64,000 bases of DNA from Candidatus Parcubacteria bacterium (lineage in GTDB: Bacteria > Patescibacteriota > Patescibacteriia > Magasanikbacterales > UBA922). Positions 1-11,248 of this stretch are shown here, piece after piece. The first letter of the stretch is position 1. The number at the start of each line of letters is the position of its first letter. The stretch covers positions 187 through 64,186 of the forward strand of contig PKTJ01000066.1 of assembly GCA_002869205.1 (NCBI GenBank), read 5' to 3'. The position numbers and the translations under genes are program-made. A model generated the notes under the pieces. That model was not told where the DNA came from, made no database searches, and worked only from the letters and a program-made list of their open reading frames with translations.

Positions 1-1017
1 ATACCCTCTTTCCCCCGTATCTTCTTTGGGTGTATCTTCTTTAGGTTTTGGTTCTTCTTCTTTTTTTGGTTCATCTGTGTCACTAAGAGAATCAGCCATT
101 TGCTTCCATTTTTTGTCGCCCCATAGACTGGCTGGCCCTCGTGGGCCACCTTTTGTGCGCAATGGTTTTTGTGAACCGTCATTATCTTCGGGCTCTGTTG
201 TTTTTTCTTGTGCTTTGTCTCTGGGCGCTGTTTCATTATTTGGTTTATCTTCTGGTTTTCGGTCTTCAGCTCTTTTTGTGTCCGCTACTTTACCCTCTCC
301 TTCTTCGTTTTGATCTTGTTCTGAAGAATTACCATCCTGAGCTTCTGTCTCTGATTCATTTTCTTCGTTATCTCCATATTCATCTTCTGGTGTGTCAACA
401 ATGGATCTGCGATCATCATCAGTGAGAGGCGAATCATCAAGATTGTTGGCGCGATTTGTCCATTTGCTATTATTATCTTGTGTTGGGTCAGCATCTGATT
501 TACGCTCTTCATCGGTAAGAGGATCATCGCTTAGATTGCGATTACGATCTGCCCAATCACCTGTGCCATAATCATCTGAACTTTCTGGCTTCTGTGATTC
601 TTCTGTAGGTTTTATACCTTCTTTCTTTTCTGATTTAGGAGTTTGTTTTGGTTCTGGTTTTTTGTTTTCAGCTTTTTTTGCATCACGTGCATCTTGTTTA
701 TCAGCGCGCTTACTCCATTTATCATCACCTGTATAGTCATCTTCTGGTGAGTCGACAATGGATTTACGGTCATTATTACTCAGAGGTGCATTATCAAGAT
801 TTCTGGCACGTCTGCCCCATTTATTATTATCTTCCGCAGATAGTGGTGTGTCTGTGGAAGAGGATTTTTGTGGTGCATTAGTATTTCTTGATTGCGACGT
901 AGACGATTTCGTTATTTTTCTAGTTTTTTTACTTTTACTATTCTGACTCCTTTTCGCCCTTTGTTGGTCTCTGCGTAATTGCACGGCACGTTGTTTTTGT
1001 TTGCCTTTTTTTGGCAT
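1..1017 (-). CDS. Partial (3'-truncated) low-complexity hydrophilic protein with internal W-x-x-R-x-x-NL-x-x-x-PL repeats
   Basis: Hand translation from ATG at 1017 (MPKKGKQKQRAVQLRRDQQR...) stays open to base 1 (339 codons). It is missing from the ORF track because it has no stop in the window, and it starts just downstream of the clpC stop. Confidence 0.8.
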   Translation of the reverse strand, partial: MPKKGKQKQRAVQLRRDQQRAKRSQNSKSKKTRKITKSSTSQSRNTNAPQKSSSTDTPLSAEDNNKWGRRARNLDNAPLSNNDRKSIVDSPEDDYTGDDKWSKRADKQDARDAKKAENKKPEPKQTPKSEKKEGIKPTEESQKPESSDDYGTGDWADRNRNLSDDPLTDEERKSDADPTQDNNSKWTNRANNLDDSPLTDDDRRSIVDTPEDEYGDNEENESETEAQDGNSSEQDQNEEGEGKVADTKRAEDRKPEDKPNNETAPRDKAQEKTTEPEDNDGSQKPLRTKGGPRGPASLWGDKKWKQMADSLSDTDEPKKEEEPKPKEDTPKEDTGERGY

Positions 1018-1030
1018 ACGGAGGCTTACG

Positions 1031-3565
1031 TTAGTTTAAGCTATATGTATTATCACGGTAACTTAGTTTGTATGCTTCTTTTTTTGTTTTGTCCTGAAGT
1101 GTTTCTACTGCTAATTCGTGTAGTAATTCTTGCACCTTTTTTTCTATATTTCGTGCACCAAGGTCAATATTTGATGTTTCTTTTGTAATTGATTTGAGCG
1201 CAGATGCGTCAGCCGTAATACTAAATTTCTGTGTTTTTTTGAAATGTTTACTTACGCGATCTATGTGTTGTTTGATTATCTTTTCAATATCTTTTTTTCC
1301 TAGTGTGTTGAATACACAAATAGTTCCGAGTCTGCTCAATAGTGCATTACCTAATGTTTCTTTTAATTTATTGTGTATGTTTTTGGTAAAATTAGTATCT
1401 ACATCTCGGTTTTCGTGTGTTTCGTTATCAAATCCAATGCCCTGAGATTTGAATAGTTCATTTCCTACATTAGTTGTGAGAATTATAGTGGTGTGTTTGA
1501 GACTTATCTTGCGTCCATTGCTATCAGAAATTTCTCCTTCATCTAGTATTTGTAATAAGAGTTTAGAAACATCTGGGTGTGCCTTGTCAATTTCATCAAA
1601 GAGAAGCACACAATATGGTCGCTTTTTTAATTTTTCTATAAACGGATTTCTATCCTTGTATCCAATATATCCAGCAGGGGAGCCAAGGATTTTTGACACG
1701 CTATGACTCTCACTAAATTCTCCCATATCGAGTTTTATAAGTGCTTGTTTGTCATGATAAAGTTCTTCTGCAAGACGTTTTGTTAGTTCAGTTTTCCCTA
1801 CACCACTTGGGCCAACAAAAAGAAAAGAGCCAAATGGTTTGTTTTGGTTTTGTATACCAAGTTCAGCACGTTTGAGTGATGCAATAACTTCTTGAATGGT
1901 TTGTTTTTGCCCCACAATATGTTTACTCAATCGCTTTTCGAGTGTCTTGAGATTTTCCCATTCATTTTGTGAAAGAATTGTTTCGTCGATGTGCATTTTT
2001 TTACTCAGCACACTGCGAACATGCTGTTCTGTGACGCGGAGTTTTTTCTTAGTTTTATTTTGCGTTGTTTTGCTCAAGTCAGTTATTTGTGTGTCTAACT
2101 TTTCTATTTTCTTTTTGAGTTCCAGAGCATCTTTGAGTCGTTCTTGTGAAATTGCTTTATCTTTTTCTTCTATGTATTCTTCTTGTTTTTGCTCTAGTGC
2201 AAATAGGCGTGTTGTGTGTTCACTTGTTTTTCTACTTGTCTTTACTGAGCTCGCAGCTTCGTCTATTAAGTCTATAGTTTTGTCTGGTTGAAAATTGTCG
2301 TGAATGTATTTATTACTCAACCTCAACGCTTCTTTGAGCGCGTTTTCAGTAATTGAGACATGATGAAATGATTCGTAGTATTTTTTTATACCTTGCAAGA
2401 TCGTGAGTGTTTCTTTGTCATTTGGTTCTTCTACATCGATCATTTGAAATCGGCGTTCAAGTGCAGGGTCGCTGGTAATATATTTTTTATACTCATCATA
2501 TGTTGTTGCTCCAATACAGCGTAGTTGTCCGCGTGCAAGAGCGGGTTTGAGTATGTTGGCTGCATCCATAGTTCCTTGGTTGGATCCAGCTCCGATAATG
2601 TTGTGAAGTTCGTCAATAAATAAAATATAATTTGGATTGGCACTGCACTCGTCTACAATTTGTTTGAGTCGTGCTTCAAATTCTCCACGATATATGGTTC
2701 CTGCAACGAGCAGTGTAAGGTCAAGTGATAATATTTTTTTGCGTTTCAATACATCTGGCACGTCACCTGACGCAATTTTTTTGGCAAGTCCTTCTACGAT
2801 TGCAGTCTTACCAACACCTGGTTCACCAACAAGAATAGGATTGTTTTTTGTCCTACGTGCCAAGATATTTATAATACGTTCAATTTCCTCATCTCTTCCC
2901 ACAACAGGATCAATTTTTTGTTGACTTTGTTTCGATGTGAGATTGGTAGTAAATTGTGTGGTGGCATTTATTTTTTTATTTCCTTTCATGTGTGGCGGCA
3001 TTGGCATACTAGATGGGGGAGGTGGCATAGATCCTGGTGCAGGCATGTCCCCTAGATTGTCAAAAACTTCACTCACATCTCCCATCTGTGAAAAACGGGT
3101 TGTGTTTTGAAATGAAGTATCTAGCTGATCTTTTATGTGCTCATATTCAATATTGAGAGATACAAATACTTCGGTTATATCTTTGTTTTGTGCGTGTACC
3201 AATCCAAACAGGAGGTGTTCAGTTCCTACGTACGTGTGTTCTTGATCATGTGCAAGGACAAGTCCTTTTTCCAATACTTTTCGTGATGTCGGACTTAGTT
3301 CTGGTAGATTTTCTGGTCCTGTTGTTTTTGATGATTGGTTAAGCGTTTGTATATCTAGTGAAGAAATATTTTTTATAAATTCTGGTGTGATACCAAATTT
3401 TTTCAAAATCTCTCCTGCAACACATCCTTGTTCTTCTGACAAAGCAAGAAATAAATGGATAGGTTCCACTTGTTTGGAATTATAATGTGAAGCGAGGGAA
3501 ATAGCTCGCGCAATGACATTTTTTAGGTGGGTGGAAAAATTATCAATGAGTTTTTGTGCGTCCAT
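1031..3565 (-). CDS. clpC: ATP-dependent Clp protease ATP-binding subunit (ClpC-type)
   Basis: Clp N-domain, two AAA modules ([16 protein letters not shown]), FIDELH and DEIDKAHP motifs, short middle coiled coil; start placed at MDAQKL. Confidence 0.9.
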   Translation of the reverse strand: MDAQKLIDNFSTHLKNVIARAISLASHYNSKQVEPIHLFLALSEEQGCVAGEILKKFGITPEFIKNISSLDIQTLNQSSKTTGPENLPELSPTSRKVLEKGLVLAHDQEHTYVGTEHLLFGLVHAQNKDITEVFVSLNIEYEHIKDQLDTSFQNTTRFSQMGDVSEVFDNLGDMPAPGSMPPPPSSMPMPPHMKGNKKINATTQFTTNLTSKQSQQKIDPVVGRDEEIERIINILARRTKNNPILVGEPGVGKTAIVEGLAKKIASGDVPDVLKRKKILSLDLTLLVAGTIYRGEFEARLKQIVDECSANPNYILFIDELHNIIGAGSNQGTMDAANILKPALARGQLRCIGATTYDEYKKYITSDPALERRFQMIDVEEPNDKETLTILQGIKKYYESFHHVSITENALKEALRLSNKYIHDNFQPDKTIDLIDEAASSVKTSRKTSEHTTRLFALEQKQEEYIEEKDKAISQERLKDALELKKKIEKLDTQITDLSKTTQNKTKKKLRVTEQHVRSVLSKKMHIDETILSQNEWENLKTLEKRLSKHIVGQKQTIQEVIASLKRAELGIQNQNKPFGSFLFVGPSGVGKTELTKRLAEELYHDKQALIKLDMGEFSESHSVSKILGSPAGYIGYKDRNPFIEKLKKRPYCVLLFDEIDKAHPDVSKLLLQILDEGEISDSNGRKISLKHTTIILTTNVGNELFKSQGIGFDNETHENRDVDTNFTKNIHNKLKETLGNALLSRLGTICVFNTLGKKDIEKIIKQHIDRVSKHFKKTQKFSITADASALKSITKETSNIDLGARNIEKKVQELLHELAVETLQDKTKKEAYKLSYRDNTYSLN

Positions 3566-3691
3566 ATTTTGGTTATATATCAAAACAAATAGTTGCTTTA
3601 GAACTACGCTTATTATATAATAAATGTCCCTTTTTATCAATTACTTTGAATTATAAAATTATATATTAGTTTAGCTATTTATTTTGCATTG

Positions 3692-3738
3692 AACCCTACC
3701 CATTCCCTCCCCTAGTAGGGGAGGGTCGGGGGAGGGGT
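3692..3738. repeat. Palindromic miniature repeat family A (CCCTCCCC-TAGTA-GGGGAGGG), copy 1
   Basis: Near-identical ~47 nt copies at 24503-24549 (inverted) and 45384-45430. Confidence 0.85.
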
Positions 3739-3789
3739 TGCAAAGCAATAGTATAGTTTTATAATTCGGAATAAATATTTTTATTTTCT

Positions 3790-5154
3790 ATGAGCTTTCC
3801 AGATCACATATTCAAGGCATACGATATTCGTGGGCTATATCCACAAGAATTAGACGAAAAAATGGCATATAACATGGGTCGTGCTTATGCTGAATTTATG
3901 AAAAAAGATACTGGAAAAGACGATCTGAAACTCGTGGTCTGTCAGGATATGAGAGACTCTTCTATTCCGCTCAAAAAAGAGTTGGTTCGCGGTATGCTTG
4001 AGCAAGGAGTCGATATTGTTGACATTGGTCTTGCCTCCACCCCAACGTTTTATTTTGGTGTGAGTTTTTATGGGTATGATGGAGGTGTCCAGGTTACGGC
4101 ATCGCATAATCCAGGAGAGTATAATGGATTCAAGATTGTGCGTGCTCGCGCAGTGCCTATTAGTGGTGAGACAGGAATTCATGAGATCCGAGATATGGTT
4201 AGAGGTGCTCAATTTGATCCAGTGGAAAAACAAGGGCAGATTGAAACACGAGAAGGGGTTCTCGAAGAGCAGATTGCTTATGCACTCAAACATATTGATT
4301 ACAAATCAATCAAACCATTGAAAGTCGTGGTAGACACTGGGAATGGTATGGGCGCTCCTATTATTGAGGAGTTGTTTAAACATTTGCCATGTGAACTTGA
4401 TAAAATGTACTTTGAGCTTGATGGTAGTTTTCCAAATCATGAATCAAATCCGTTTAAGGAAGAAAATAACGTAGATATTCAAAATAGAATTAGGGAGACG
4501 GGGGCTGATTTAGGTATTGGGCTTGATGGAGATGGAGATCGCGTATTCTTTTTTGATGAGACAGGTAGAACAATTGATCCAGGTATTATTCGTGGTATTT
4601 TGGCACAGCTTGTGTTGCGCGATCATCCGGGTGCCGCAATTGGATACGATATTCGTCCGGGTAGAATTACACGCGATATGATCGAAGAAGGTGGTGGTAA
4701 ACCATTTGTAACACGTGTCGGTCATTCATTGATTAAAATGAAGGGTATTGAAATGAAAGCACCATTTTCAGGTGAATCATCTGGTCATTTCTTTTACAAT
4801 GAGCCACATGGGTTTTTTGAGATGCCTGCATTTATCATCCTTAATTTTTTAAAAGAGATATCGCAGAGTGGTAAGACGGTGAGTGAATATACAGCACCAC
4901 TCTATCGTTACTCACATTCTGGTGAAATTAATTTTAATGTGGATGACAAAGAAAAAGTATTGCAATTACTAAAAGAAAAATTTGCCGACTCAAAGATTAA
5001 TGATCTTGATGGATTATCTTTTGAGTACGAGGATTATTGGTTTAATGTGCGACCAAGTAATACTGAGTCTTTACTTCGGTTAAATTTGGAAGCCAAGACA
5101 GACGAGATTATGAAGGAAAAAGTTGAAGAGGTAACACGCGTTATTGAAAGTTAA
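3790..5154 (+). CDS. Phosphomannomutase/phosphoglucomutase
   Basis: FKAYDIRG, TASHNP phosphoserine loop, DGDGDR metal loop, GESSGH. Confidence 0.93.
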   Translation: MSFPDHIFKAYDIRGLYPQELDEKMAYNMGRAYAEFMKKDTGKDDLKLVVCQDMRDSSIPLKKELVRGMLEQGVDIVDIGLASTPTFYFGVSFYGYDGGVQVTASHNPGEYNGFKIVRARAVPISGETGIHEIRDMVRGAQFDPVEKQGQIETREGVLEEQIAYALKHIDYKSIKPLKVVVDTGNGMGAPIIEELFKHLPCELDKMYFELDGSFPNHESNPFKEENNVDIQNRIRETGADLGIGLDGDGDRVFFFDETGRTIDPGIIRGILAQLVLRDHPGAAIGYDIRPGRITRDMIEEGGGKPFVTRVGHSLIKMKGIEMKAPFSGESSGHFFYNEPHGFFEMPAFIILNFLKEISQSGKTVSEYTAPLYRYSHSGEINFNVDDKEKVLQLLKEKFADSKINDLDGLSFEYEDYWFNVRPSNTESLLRLNLEAKTDEIMKEKVEEVTRVIES

Positions 5155-5166
5155 GAATTACATAAT

Positions 5167-5197
5167 TAAAAAAGACGTGTGCAGCACGTCTTTTTTT
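5167..5197. terminator. Bidirectional intrinsic terminator
   Basis: AAAAAAGACGTG-tgcag-CACGTCTTTTTTT between convergent genes. Confidence 0.8.
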
Positions 5198-5200
5198 GTT

Positions 5201-5968
5201 TTAATTATTTTGTATCCATCCGGTAATCTTTGTCGCCACATTTCTCGGTGCTAGTCTATTTGCAAACGCAAGAAGTTTGTTTCTAAATCCTGGTATCACT
5301 ACACGTTTGTTTTTTATCAGTCCTCGATATCCAACATAGGCGACTTCGTCGGCATTCATAACCTTCATTGTTTTGGGAAAGCGTAGTTCGGCAGCTTTTT
5401 CAAAACCAGTCCGAGTAGGGCCAGGACACAGTGTAGTGACACTCACGCCGGTATTTTTTAATTCTTCTCCAAGAGCTTCTGAGAAATGAAGTACAAATGC
5501 TTTACTTGCATAATATACTGCCATGCCAGGACCTGGTTGGAATGCTGCGGTTGAGGCGATGTTTAAAACTTTTCCACTTTTTTTAGATATCATGTCTGGT
5601 AAGAAAAGTTTTGTAAGTTCTGTCAGTGCAGAGATATTTATTTTGATCATGTCGAGTTCTTTTGCTAGATTTGTTTCTGTAAATTTTCCATATAATCCAA
5701 ACCCAGCATTATTCACTAGTATGTCTATAGTAATATTGTTTTCTTTTATCTCAGCATACAGTTTTTGAGGTGCGTCATCGTCAGTAAGGTCGTGGGTAAA
5801 TACATGGGTTTGAATATCGTGTGTACTCGAAAGTTCTTTTGCAATTGTATCTAGTTTTTCTTTATTACGTGCCACCAAAACGATATTGTGATTGTTTTGT
5901 GCAAAACGTTTACATAGCTCATATCCTATACCACTTGATGCGCCAGTGATGAGTACTGTTTTTTGCAT
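5201..5968 (-). CDS. Short-chain dehydrogenase/reductase
   Basis: TGASSGIG, NNAG and YYASK motifs. Confidence 0.92.
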   Translation of the reverse strand: MQKTVLITGASSGIGYELCKRFAQNNHNIVLVARNKEKLDTIAKELSSTHDIQTHVFTHDLTDDDAPQKLYAEIKENNITIDILVNNAGFGLYGKFTETNLAKELDMIKINISALTELTKLFLPDMISKKSGKVLNIASTAAFQPGPGMAVYYASKAFVLHFSEALGEELKNTGVSVTTLCPGPTRTGFEKAAELRFPKTMKVMNADEVAYVGYRGLIKNKRVVIPGFRNKLLAFANRLAPRNVATKITGWIQNN

Positions 5969-5978
5969 AATATATCTA

Positions 5979-6632
5979 TTAGATTTCTATGTCTTTGAGA
6001 GATTCTGACAAGAAAATAGTATCAAAATTTCCATTAAAAAATTCTTTTGGATGAAGTGCGCGAGTTACCATGAGGAGGTTTTTTTCAATAACATTTTCAG
6101 CTTTCTTGTGATTTGCGAGTCCTGTGTTGAATCCTGCTTGATGGTATGCATCGTTCACAAGTTGTGAACAAAAAAATTGTTGTTGTTTTGATGCAAAAAA
6201 GAAATCAAAAGGTTTGCCAATTTGTTTTCGTGCATAGCGCACAGTTTTCTTTATTATTGTTTTTTTGTGTTTTTTGAGACGTGGTCTGAGAATAGCGAGC
6301 GTATCATATTCTGAAAAGAAATTTCTAAATTTTTCTCTTACAACACCATCTGAAACTGCATGTATGACACGTCCGCCACCGGTATAGATACATGCATGCG
6401 TGACAGGACCGCGTATGAATAAGCCACTTGCCCTTCTGTGGTTTCCGACCAAGAGCATGTCTCCTTTTTGGATTATTTTTAGTGCATTTTTATAATCTTG
6501 TGGAGTAAGATTATTTTTTCGCCACGTAACTTTTGTAACCCCAATCAAAAAAATAATATTTCCAAATATTTTTTTGAATACTGAAGCATTCTCTTCAAAA
6601 TTTTTTATGAGATGATATCTATAGGATTTCAT
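5979..6632 (-). CDS. Permuted papain-like NlpC/P60 (YiiX/YebB-like) hydrolase
   Basis: GD...THACIY, GKPFDF and FFCSQLV motifs. Confidence 0.7.
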   Translation of the reverse strand: MKSYRYHLIKNFEENASVFKKIFGNIIFLIGVTKVTWRKNNLTPQDYKNALKIIQKGDMLLVGNHRRASGLFIRGPVTHACIYTGGGRVIHAVSDGVVREKFRNFFSEYDTLAILRPRLKKHKKTIIKKTVRYARKQIGKPFDFFFASKQQQFFCSQLVNDAYHQAGFNTGLANHKKAENVIEKNLLMVTRALHPKEFFNGNFDTIFLSESLKDIEI

Positions 6633-6639
6633 TTTTTGT

Positions 6640-7509
6640 TTATACTAGTCCACGAAGTTTTTTAATACGATCTTCTGCTGGTGGATGTGTAGAAAAGAAT
6701 TTTGAAAAGCCCTTTCCTTTGAGAGGGTTTGAAATGAAGAGGTGGGCTGTCGCAGTGCTTGCGGTAGGGAGAGCTGAAGATTTGGAAATTTTTTCAAGCG
6801 CTCGCGCAAGACCTTCTGGATATCTTGTTAGAAGTGCGCCAGATGCATCTGCAAGGTATTCGCGTTTTCGTGAGATAGCGAGTTTGATGAGTTCGGCGAT
6901 AATAGGGGAGAGTATGAGTAAAATCAGTCCGATAATCGCAAAATATCCACTTCCTTTACTATCACTTTTTCCACCACCATACCATCGTGCACGGAAAAAC
7001 CAATTACTAATCAGAGATATTGTTCCGACAAGGACGACTACAATGGTCATGAGTCTAATGTCGAAATTTTTGATATGAGATATTTCATGTGCGATCACTC
7101 CTTCGAGTTCTTCGTTTTCGAGTGCTTTTACAATTCCTGTGGTGACAGCTACTGATGCGTGCTCTGGATCTCTACCTGTGGCAAATGCATTCATGGCAGG
7201 GGAGTCTATAATATATACTTTTGGGGTCGGGATTCCGGCGGTAATAGCCATGTTTTCTACCATGCGATATACATATGGATCAGCTTCCTTCGTTGTTTCT
7301 CTGGCGCCGGTAGAGCGTAGTGCGATTTTGTCTCCCTTGTAGTAGCTTATGAGTGTCATGAGAACAGAAATAACCATAGCACCCACGACCATAGCGTATC
7401 CACCGCCATAATATACATCGAGTGCCCAGCCGATTGCGAGAATGATTATCATAAACACAAAGATGAGAATCTTTGTCTTGCGTTTGTTTGAGTCTATTTG
7501 AGAATACAT
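6640..7509 (-). CDS. htpX: M48 zinc metalloprotease HtpX
   Basis: NAFATG, HEISH, SRKREYLAD, STHPP. Confidence 0.92.
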   Translation of the reverse strand: MYSQIDSNKRKTKILIFVFMIIILAIGWALDVYYGGGYAMVVGAMVISVLMTLISYYKGDKIALRSTGARETTKEADPYVYRMVENMAITAGIPTPKVYIIDSPAMNAFATGRDPEHASVAVTTGIVKALENEELEGVIAHEISHIKNFDIRLMTIVVVLVGTISLISNWFFRARWYGGGKSDSKGSGYFAIIGLILLILSPIIAELIKLAISRKREYLADASGALLTRYPEGLARALEKISKSSALPTASTATAHLFISNPLKGKGFSKFFSTHPPAEDRIKKLRGLV

Positions 7510-7597
7510 ATTATTTAGTATTTAGTTCGTAGCCAATAGCCAATAGAAAATTTACAAAAGGTATTCCTATTGGTTGTAAATTATTGGTTGTGAACTT

Positions 7598-8164
7598 TTA
7601 GAGTTTTACTTCGATATTCTCACGTTCAGTTGCATCTTCAATTTCGAAGAATACAAATTTCTCAAATCGTTTAAACATTCCTGCAATAACATTGTTTGGG
7701 AATGATTCAATTTTGATATTGAAATCACGTACATTGCCGTTGTAAAATCTACGTGCTGCCATGATTTTGTTTTCAGTATCAGAAAGTTCGTCCATGAGCT
7801 GCATAACATTTTGATTTGCTTTCAAATCTGGATATGCTTCCATAGCTACTTTCAAATCACGCATCATTGAGTTGATTTGTGTTTCTGATTTTGCAAGACC
7901 TTCTGTGTCACCAGCTTCTTGTGCTTTCATAGCATCAGCACGAGATTTGGTAATGTTTTCGAGTAGTTCACGCTCGTGTTTCATGTATCCTTTCACACTA
8001 TTGACCAAATTTGGAATGAGGTCGTGACGACGCTTGAGTTGTACATCAATATCACTCCAAGATTCTTTCGTGCGATTTTGGAGTTTGATAAGTACGTTGT
8101 AGACACCAATAATCCAAAAGAGGACAACGGCGAGGATAATAAGGATCGCGAATAATACTGGCAT
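7598..8164 (-). CDS. lemA: LemA family protein
   Basis: IDVQLKRRHDLIPNLV, EAYPDLKAN, ARRFYN; adjacent to htpX. Confidence 0.93.
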   Translation of the reverse strand: MPVLFAILIILAVVLFWIIGVYNVLIKLQNRTKESWSDIDVQLKRRHDLIPNLVNSVKGYMKHERELLENITKSRADAMKAQEAGDTEGLAKSETQINSMMRDLKVAMEAYPDLKANQNVMQLMDELSDTENKIMAARRFYNGNVRDFNIKIESFPNNVIAGMFKRFEKFVFFEIEDATERENIEVKL

Positions 8165-8271
8165 AATATAAACGGTTACGTGGATAAGTTTCCACTATTG
8201 ATTAAGATACTACATTATGAGATAATGATACTGTTATTTTACGCTAATTTATAGCTTTTCGTCAATATATT

Positions 8272-9477
8272 ATGATTACTGTACTACTTTTTATACTTAT
8301 CTTAGGGGTTTTAGTAATTGCTCATGAATTTGGACATTTTATTACCGCACGTATGAGTGGTATGAAGGTCTATGAATTTGGTTTTGGGTATCCGCCGAGG
8401 GTATTTAGTTTCTATAGAGATCCAGAGACAAAGAAAATTAAAATTATCTGGGGCAAAGGAAAGAGTAATTTGAAGAAGACTGTTTCAGGAGATGAGCAAC
8501 AAGATGAGTTTCCTGGTATGCTTTGGTCAATTAACCTTTTACCAATTGGTGGTTTTGTACGTATTAAGGGAGAGAATGGTGAGGAAGCTCAAGATCCTGA
8601 TAGTTTTGGTGCTCACAAAGCGTGGAAACGTATTGTTGTTTTGGTTGCCGGCGTTACCATGAATGTAATTTTGGCTGGTATTGTGCTTGGTGTTGGATTC
8701 ATGATCGGATTACCTACAGACATGTCCCAAGGTGTTGATAAACATGCTCAGGTTTTAGAAAGTCCGAGTATTATTGTTCAGCAAGTTCAGCCTCATACTC
8801 CAGCAGAGGAGGCAGGTGTAAAATTTGGAGACAAAATTTTGCGTGTTGGTGAAGGAGATACAGAGTGGACAAAAGAAAAAGAGTGGAATGGTGAGTCTGT
8901 AGATTCGATGTCTTTTATATCATTTGTAAATGAGCGTGAAGGAGAAGAGATTTCTCTTGTTATTGCTCGTGGTGAAGAAGAGTTTATTACCACGTTAGTG
9001 CCTGAGGTTTTTGAAGGAGAAGAGGTGGCGAAAATAGGTGTTGCATTGGCTGACGCAGGCATTGTTCGTTATCCGTGGTTTATTGCAATTTACAAAGGTT
9101 TTGTCGCAGCAGTGTTTGGTCTCATGAATATCTTTATCGCTTTTTATTACTTGATTAAGAATCTGATGTTGGGGCAAGGTCTGTTGTTTGATGTCGCAGG
9201 ACCAGTAGGTATTGCAAATATTGTGGGACAGAGCGCTAAGCTCGGAATTAATTATCTTTTGAATGTGACAGCCATGCTTTCTCTTAGTTTGGCGGCTATC
9301 AATATTTTGCCAATTCCTGCTCTTGATGGTGGTCGTATATTGTTTATTTTGATAGAAAAAATAATTCGTCGTCCTGTCCCTATAAAGTATGAACAACTTG
9401 CTCATACTATTGGATTTATGTTGCTTATGTTACTTGTGGTTGTGGTCACATGGCGCGATGTGGTAGGGTTATTTTAA
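8272..9477 (+). CDS. rseP: RIP metalloprotease RseP
   Basis: HEFGH, PDZ domain, NILPIPALDGG. Confidence 0.92.
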   Translation: MITVLLFILILGVLVIAHEFGHFITARMSGMKVYEFGFGYPPRVFSFYRDPETKKIKIIWGKGKSNLKKTVSGDEQQDEFPGMLWSINLLPIGGFVRIKGENGEEAQDPDSFGAHKAWKRIVVLVAGVTMNVILAGIVLGVGFMIGLPTDMSQGVDKHAQVLESPSIIVQQVQPHTPAEEAGVKFGDKILRVGEGDTEWTKEKEWNGESVDSMSFISFVNEREGEEISLVIARGEEEFITTLVPEVFEGEEVAKIGVALADAGIVRYPWFIAIYKGFVAAVFGLMNIFIAFYYLIKNLMLGQGLLFDVAGPVGIANIVGQSAKLGINYLLNVTAMLSLSLAAINILPIPALDGGRILFILIEKIIRRPVPIKYEQLAHTIGFMLLMLLVVVVTWRDVVGLF

Positions 9478-9486
9478 GTACGATAT

Positions 9487-9771
9487 ATGACTAATATTCC
9501 TTCATTTAGATTAGCACAAGTTAAAAAAGATCTCAGGGATGGGCGATTGAAGTTTAGTCTCGATTTGGTGGATGCTTTGGCAGATATTATTATTGAAGCA
9601 GAAGATGAAGAAACACATATGGATCCCATGACTCTGGAAACTCGTTTAAAAGATTTAGTGGGTAGCTTGGAAGGTAAAAAAGCTGAACAACAGTACGATT
9701 TTTTATGTGGTATTGTTCGGGATGTGGCCAAACGTACTCCATGGTCTCGCATGGCCCTAGATCGAAGATAA
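9487..9771 (+). CDS. Hypothetical protein
   Basis: 94 aa ORF tightly packed between rseP and the next ORF. Confidence 0.6.
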   Translation: MTNIPSFRLAQVKKDLRDGRLKFSLDLVDALADIIIEAEDEETHMDPMTLETRLKDLVGSLEGKKAEQQYDFLCGIVRDVAKRTPWSRMALDRR

Positions 9772-9781
9772 TTATATTTTT

Positions 9782-10195
9782 ATGGATTCCTATACAAGAA
9801 CTCTTACTGATGACGAAAAGAAACGTCTCAAAGAAGCGATTGAGACTAAATTACAAGAGACAATCGTACAAGAAGATAGAGTCAAAGATCCAGAAGCAGC
9901 GACGGAATTGATCGAGCGTATTGTTGGTAGATTGGATCAGGACGGTATGAATATTAGGGATTTCCAAACAGCCATGGCTCAAGAACTCGAACGTCTGTTA
10001 CGTGTTGCAGGTGATATTTTCAAAGAAGGTCCTGAAGGTGAAATGAGAAGAGGTGTCCAGCAACAAATAGGAGTTTTTACAAGGTTTTTACAAGATGAGT
10101 CTCGTGCCATACTTTTTCCCCCAGAGGGTGGGGGCAGGGATGCTTCTACAGAATTTCCTGATAACGTAACAAAAGGACCCTGGTCAAAAAGATAA
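9782..10195 (+). CDS. Hypothetical protein
   Basis: 137 aa ORF co-oriented and tightly spaced before pheS. Confidence 0.65.
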   Translation: MDSYTRTLTDDEKKRLKEAIETKLQETIVQEDRVKDPEAATELIERIVGRLDQDGMNIRDFQTAMAQELERLLRVAGDIFKEGPEGEMRRGVQQQIGVFTRFLQDESRAILFPPEGGGRDASTEFPDNVTKGPWSKR

Positions 10196-10205
10196 CTATA
10201 TTTTT

Positions 10206-11237
10206 ATGAAACAAGAACTCGAAAATTTACAAAAAGATTTTAAAAAAGCAGTTGACGACGTCAAAGATGTTTTGAAACTTGATGAAGTATATCAGAGATT
10301 TTTTTCACGCAAGTCTGGTGAGATGACAAACATCATGAAGAATTTGAAAGAGCTCACTGGTGACGCGCGAAAGGAAATTGGTAAACTTGCCAATGAGGTA
10401 AAAGGAGAGCTTGAGGATATATATGGTAAGAAAAAAGACGAGCTTGAAAATCAAAAATGGGATGAGATTGCACAAACGGAAAAAATTGATATCACGCAAC
10501 CAAAATTACCAAAGAAACGAAAAGGTCATTTGCATCCTATGACCATTGTGCACAATGAGTTGGAAGACTTATTTACCAGCATGGGCTTCATGGTGCTTGA
10601 TGGTCCAGAACTTGAGAGTGACTTTTATAATTTTGAAGGATTGAATATTGCGAAGACTCATCCTGCTCGAGATAGCCAGGATACTTTCTTTATAAAAAAT
10701 AAACCAGAGTGGGTGATGCGCACGCATACGTCACCAGTACAAGTTCGTGCTATGCAAAAGTATGGGGCGCCACTTCGTACTGTGGTAACAGGGCGGTGTT
10801 TTCGAAACGAATCAACTGATGCGAGTCACGAACACACGTTTTATCAGATGGAGGGTCTTGTTATAGATCGTGAGATTTCCATAGCAAATCTTATTGGTAC
10901 CATGAAAGAACTTTTGCAAGGTGTGTTAAAACGAGAAGTTGAAGTACGTCTTCGCCCAGGGTATTTTCCATTTGTGGAGCCGGGCTTTGAACTTGATATG
11001 AAATGTCTCGTGTGTGAAGGGCAGGGCTGTGGTGCATGCAAACATAGTGGATGGGTGGAAACACTTCCATGTGGACTTGTAAATCCAAAAGTTATTGAAC
11101 ATGGGGGTCTTGATCCAAAAGAGTGGACTGGATTTGCATTTGGTCTTGGGTCTATGCGACTGTGTATGCAAAAGTATGGAGTGGAAGATATCCGTCATCT
11201 ACATGCGGGGGATATGAAATTTCTTGAACAATTTTAA
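10206..11237 (+). CDS. pheS: Phenylalanine-tRNA ligase alpha subunit
   Basis: HPARDSQDTF, RTHTSPVQ, YFPFVEP, GFAFGLG. Confidence 0.96.
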   Translation: MKQELENLQKDFKKAVDDVKDVLKLDEVYQRFFSRKSGEMTNIMKNLKELTGDARKEIGKLANEVKGELEDIYGKKKDELENQKWDEIAQTEKIDITQPKLPKKRKGHLHPMTIVHNELEDLFTSMGFMVLDGPELESDFYNFEGLNIAKTHPARDSQDTFFIKNKPEWVMRTHTSPVQVRAMQKYGAPLRTVVTGRCFRNESTDASHEHTFYQMEGLVIDREISIANLIGTMKELLQGVLKREVEVRLRPGYFPFVEPGFELDMKCLVCEGQGCGACKHSGWVETLPCGLVNPKVIEHGGLDPKEWTGFAFGLGSMRLCMQKYGVEDIRHLHAGDMKFLEQF

Positions 11238-11248
11238 ATTTTTGAAAT

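Noticed and set aside
26-1188. Several short plus-strand ORFs
   Set aside because: Shadows of the long minus-strand ORF 1-1017 and of clpC.
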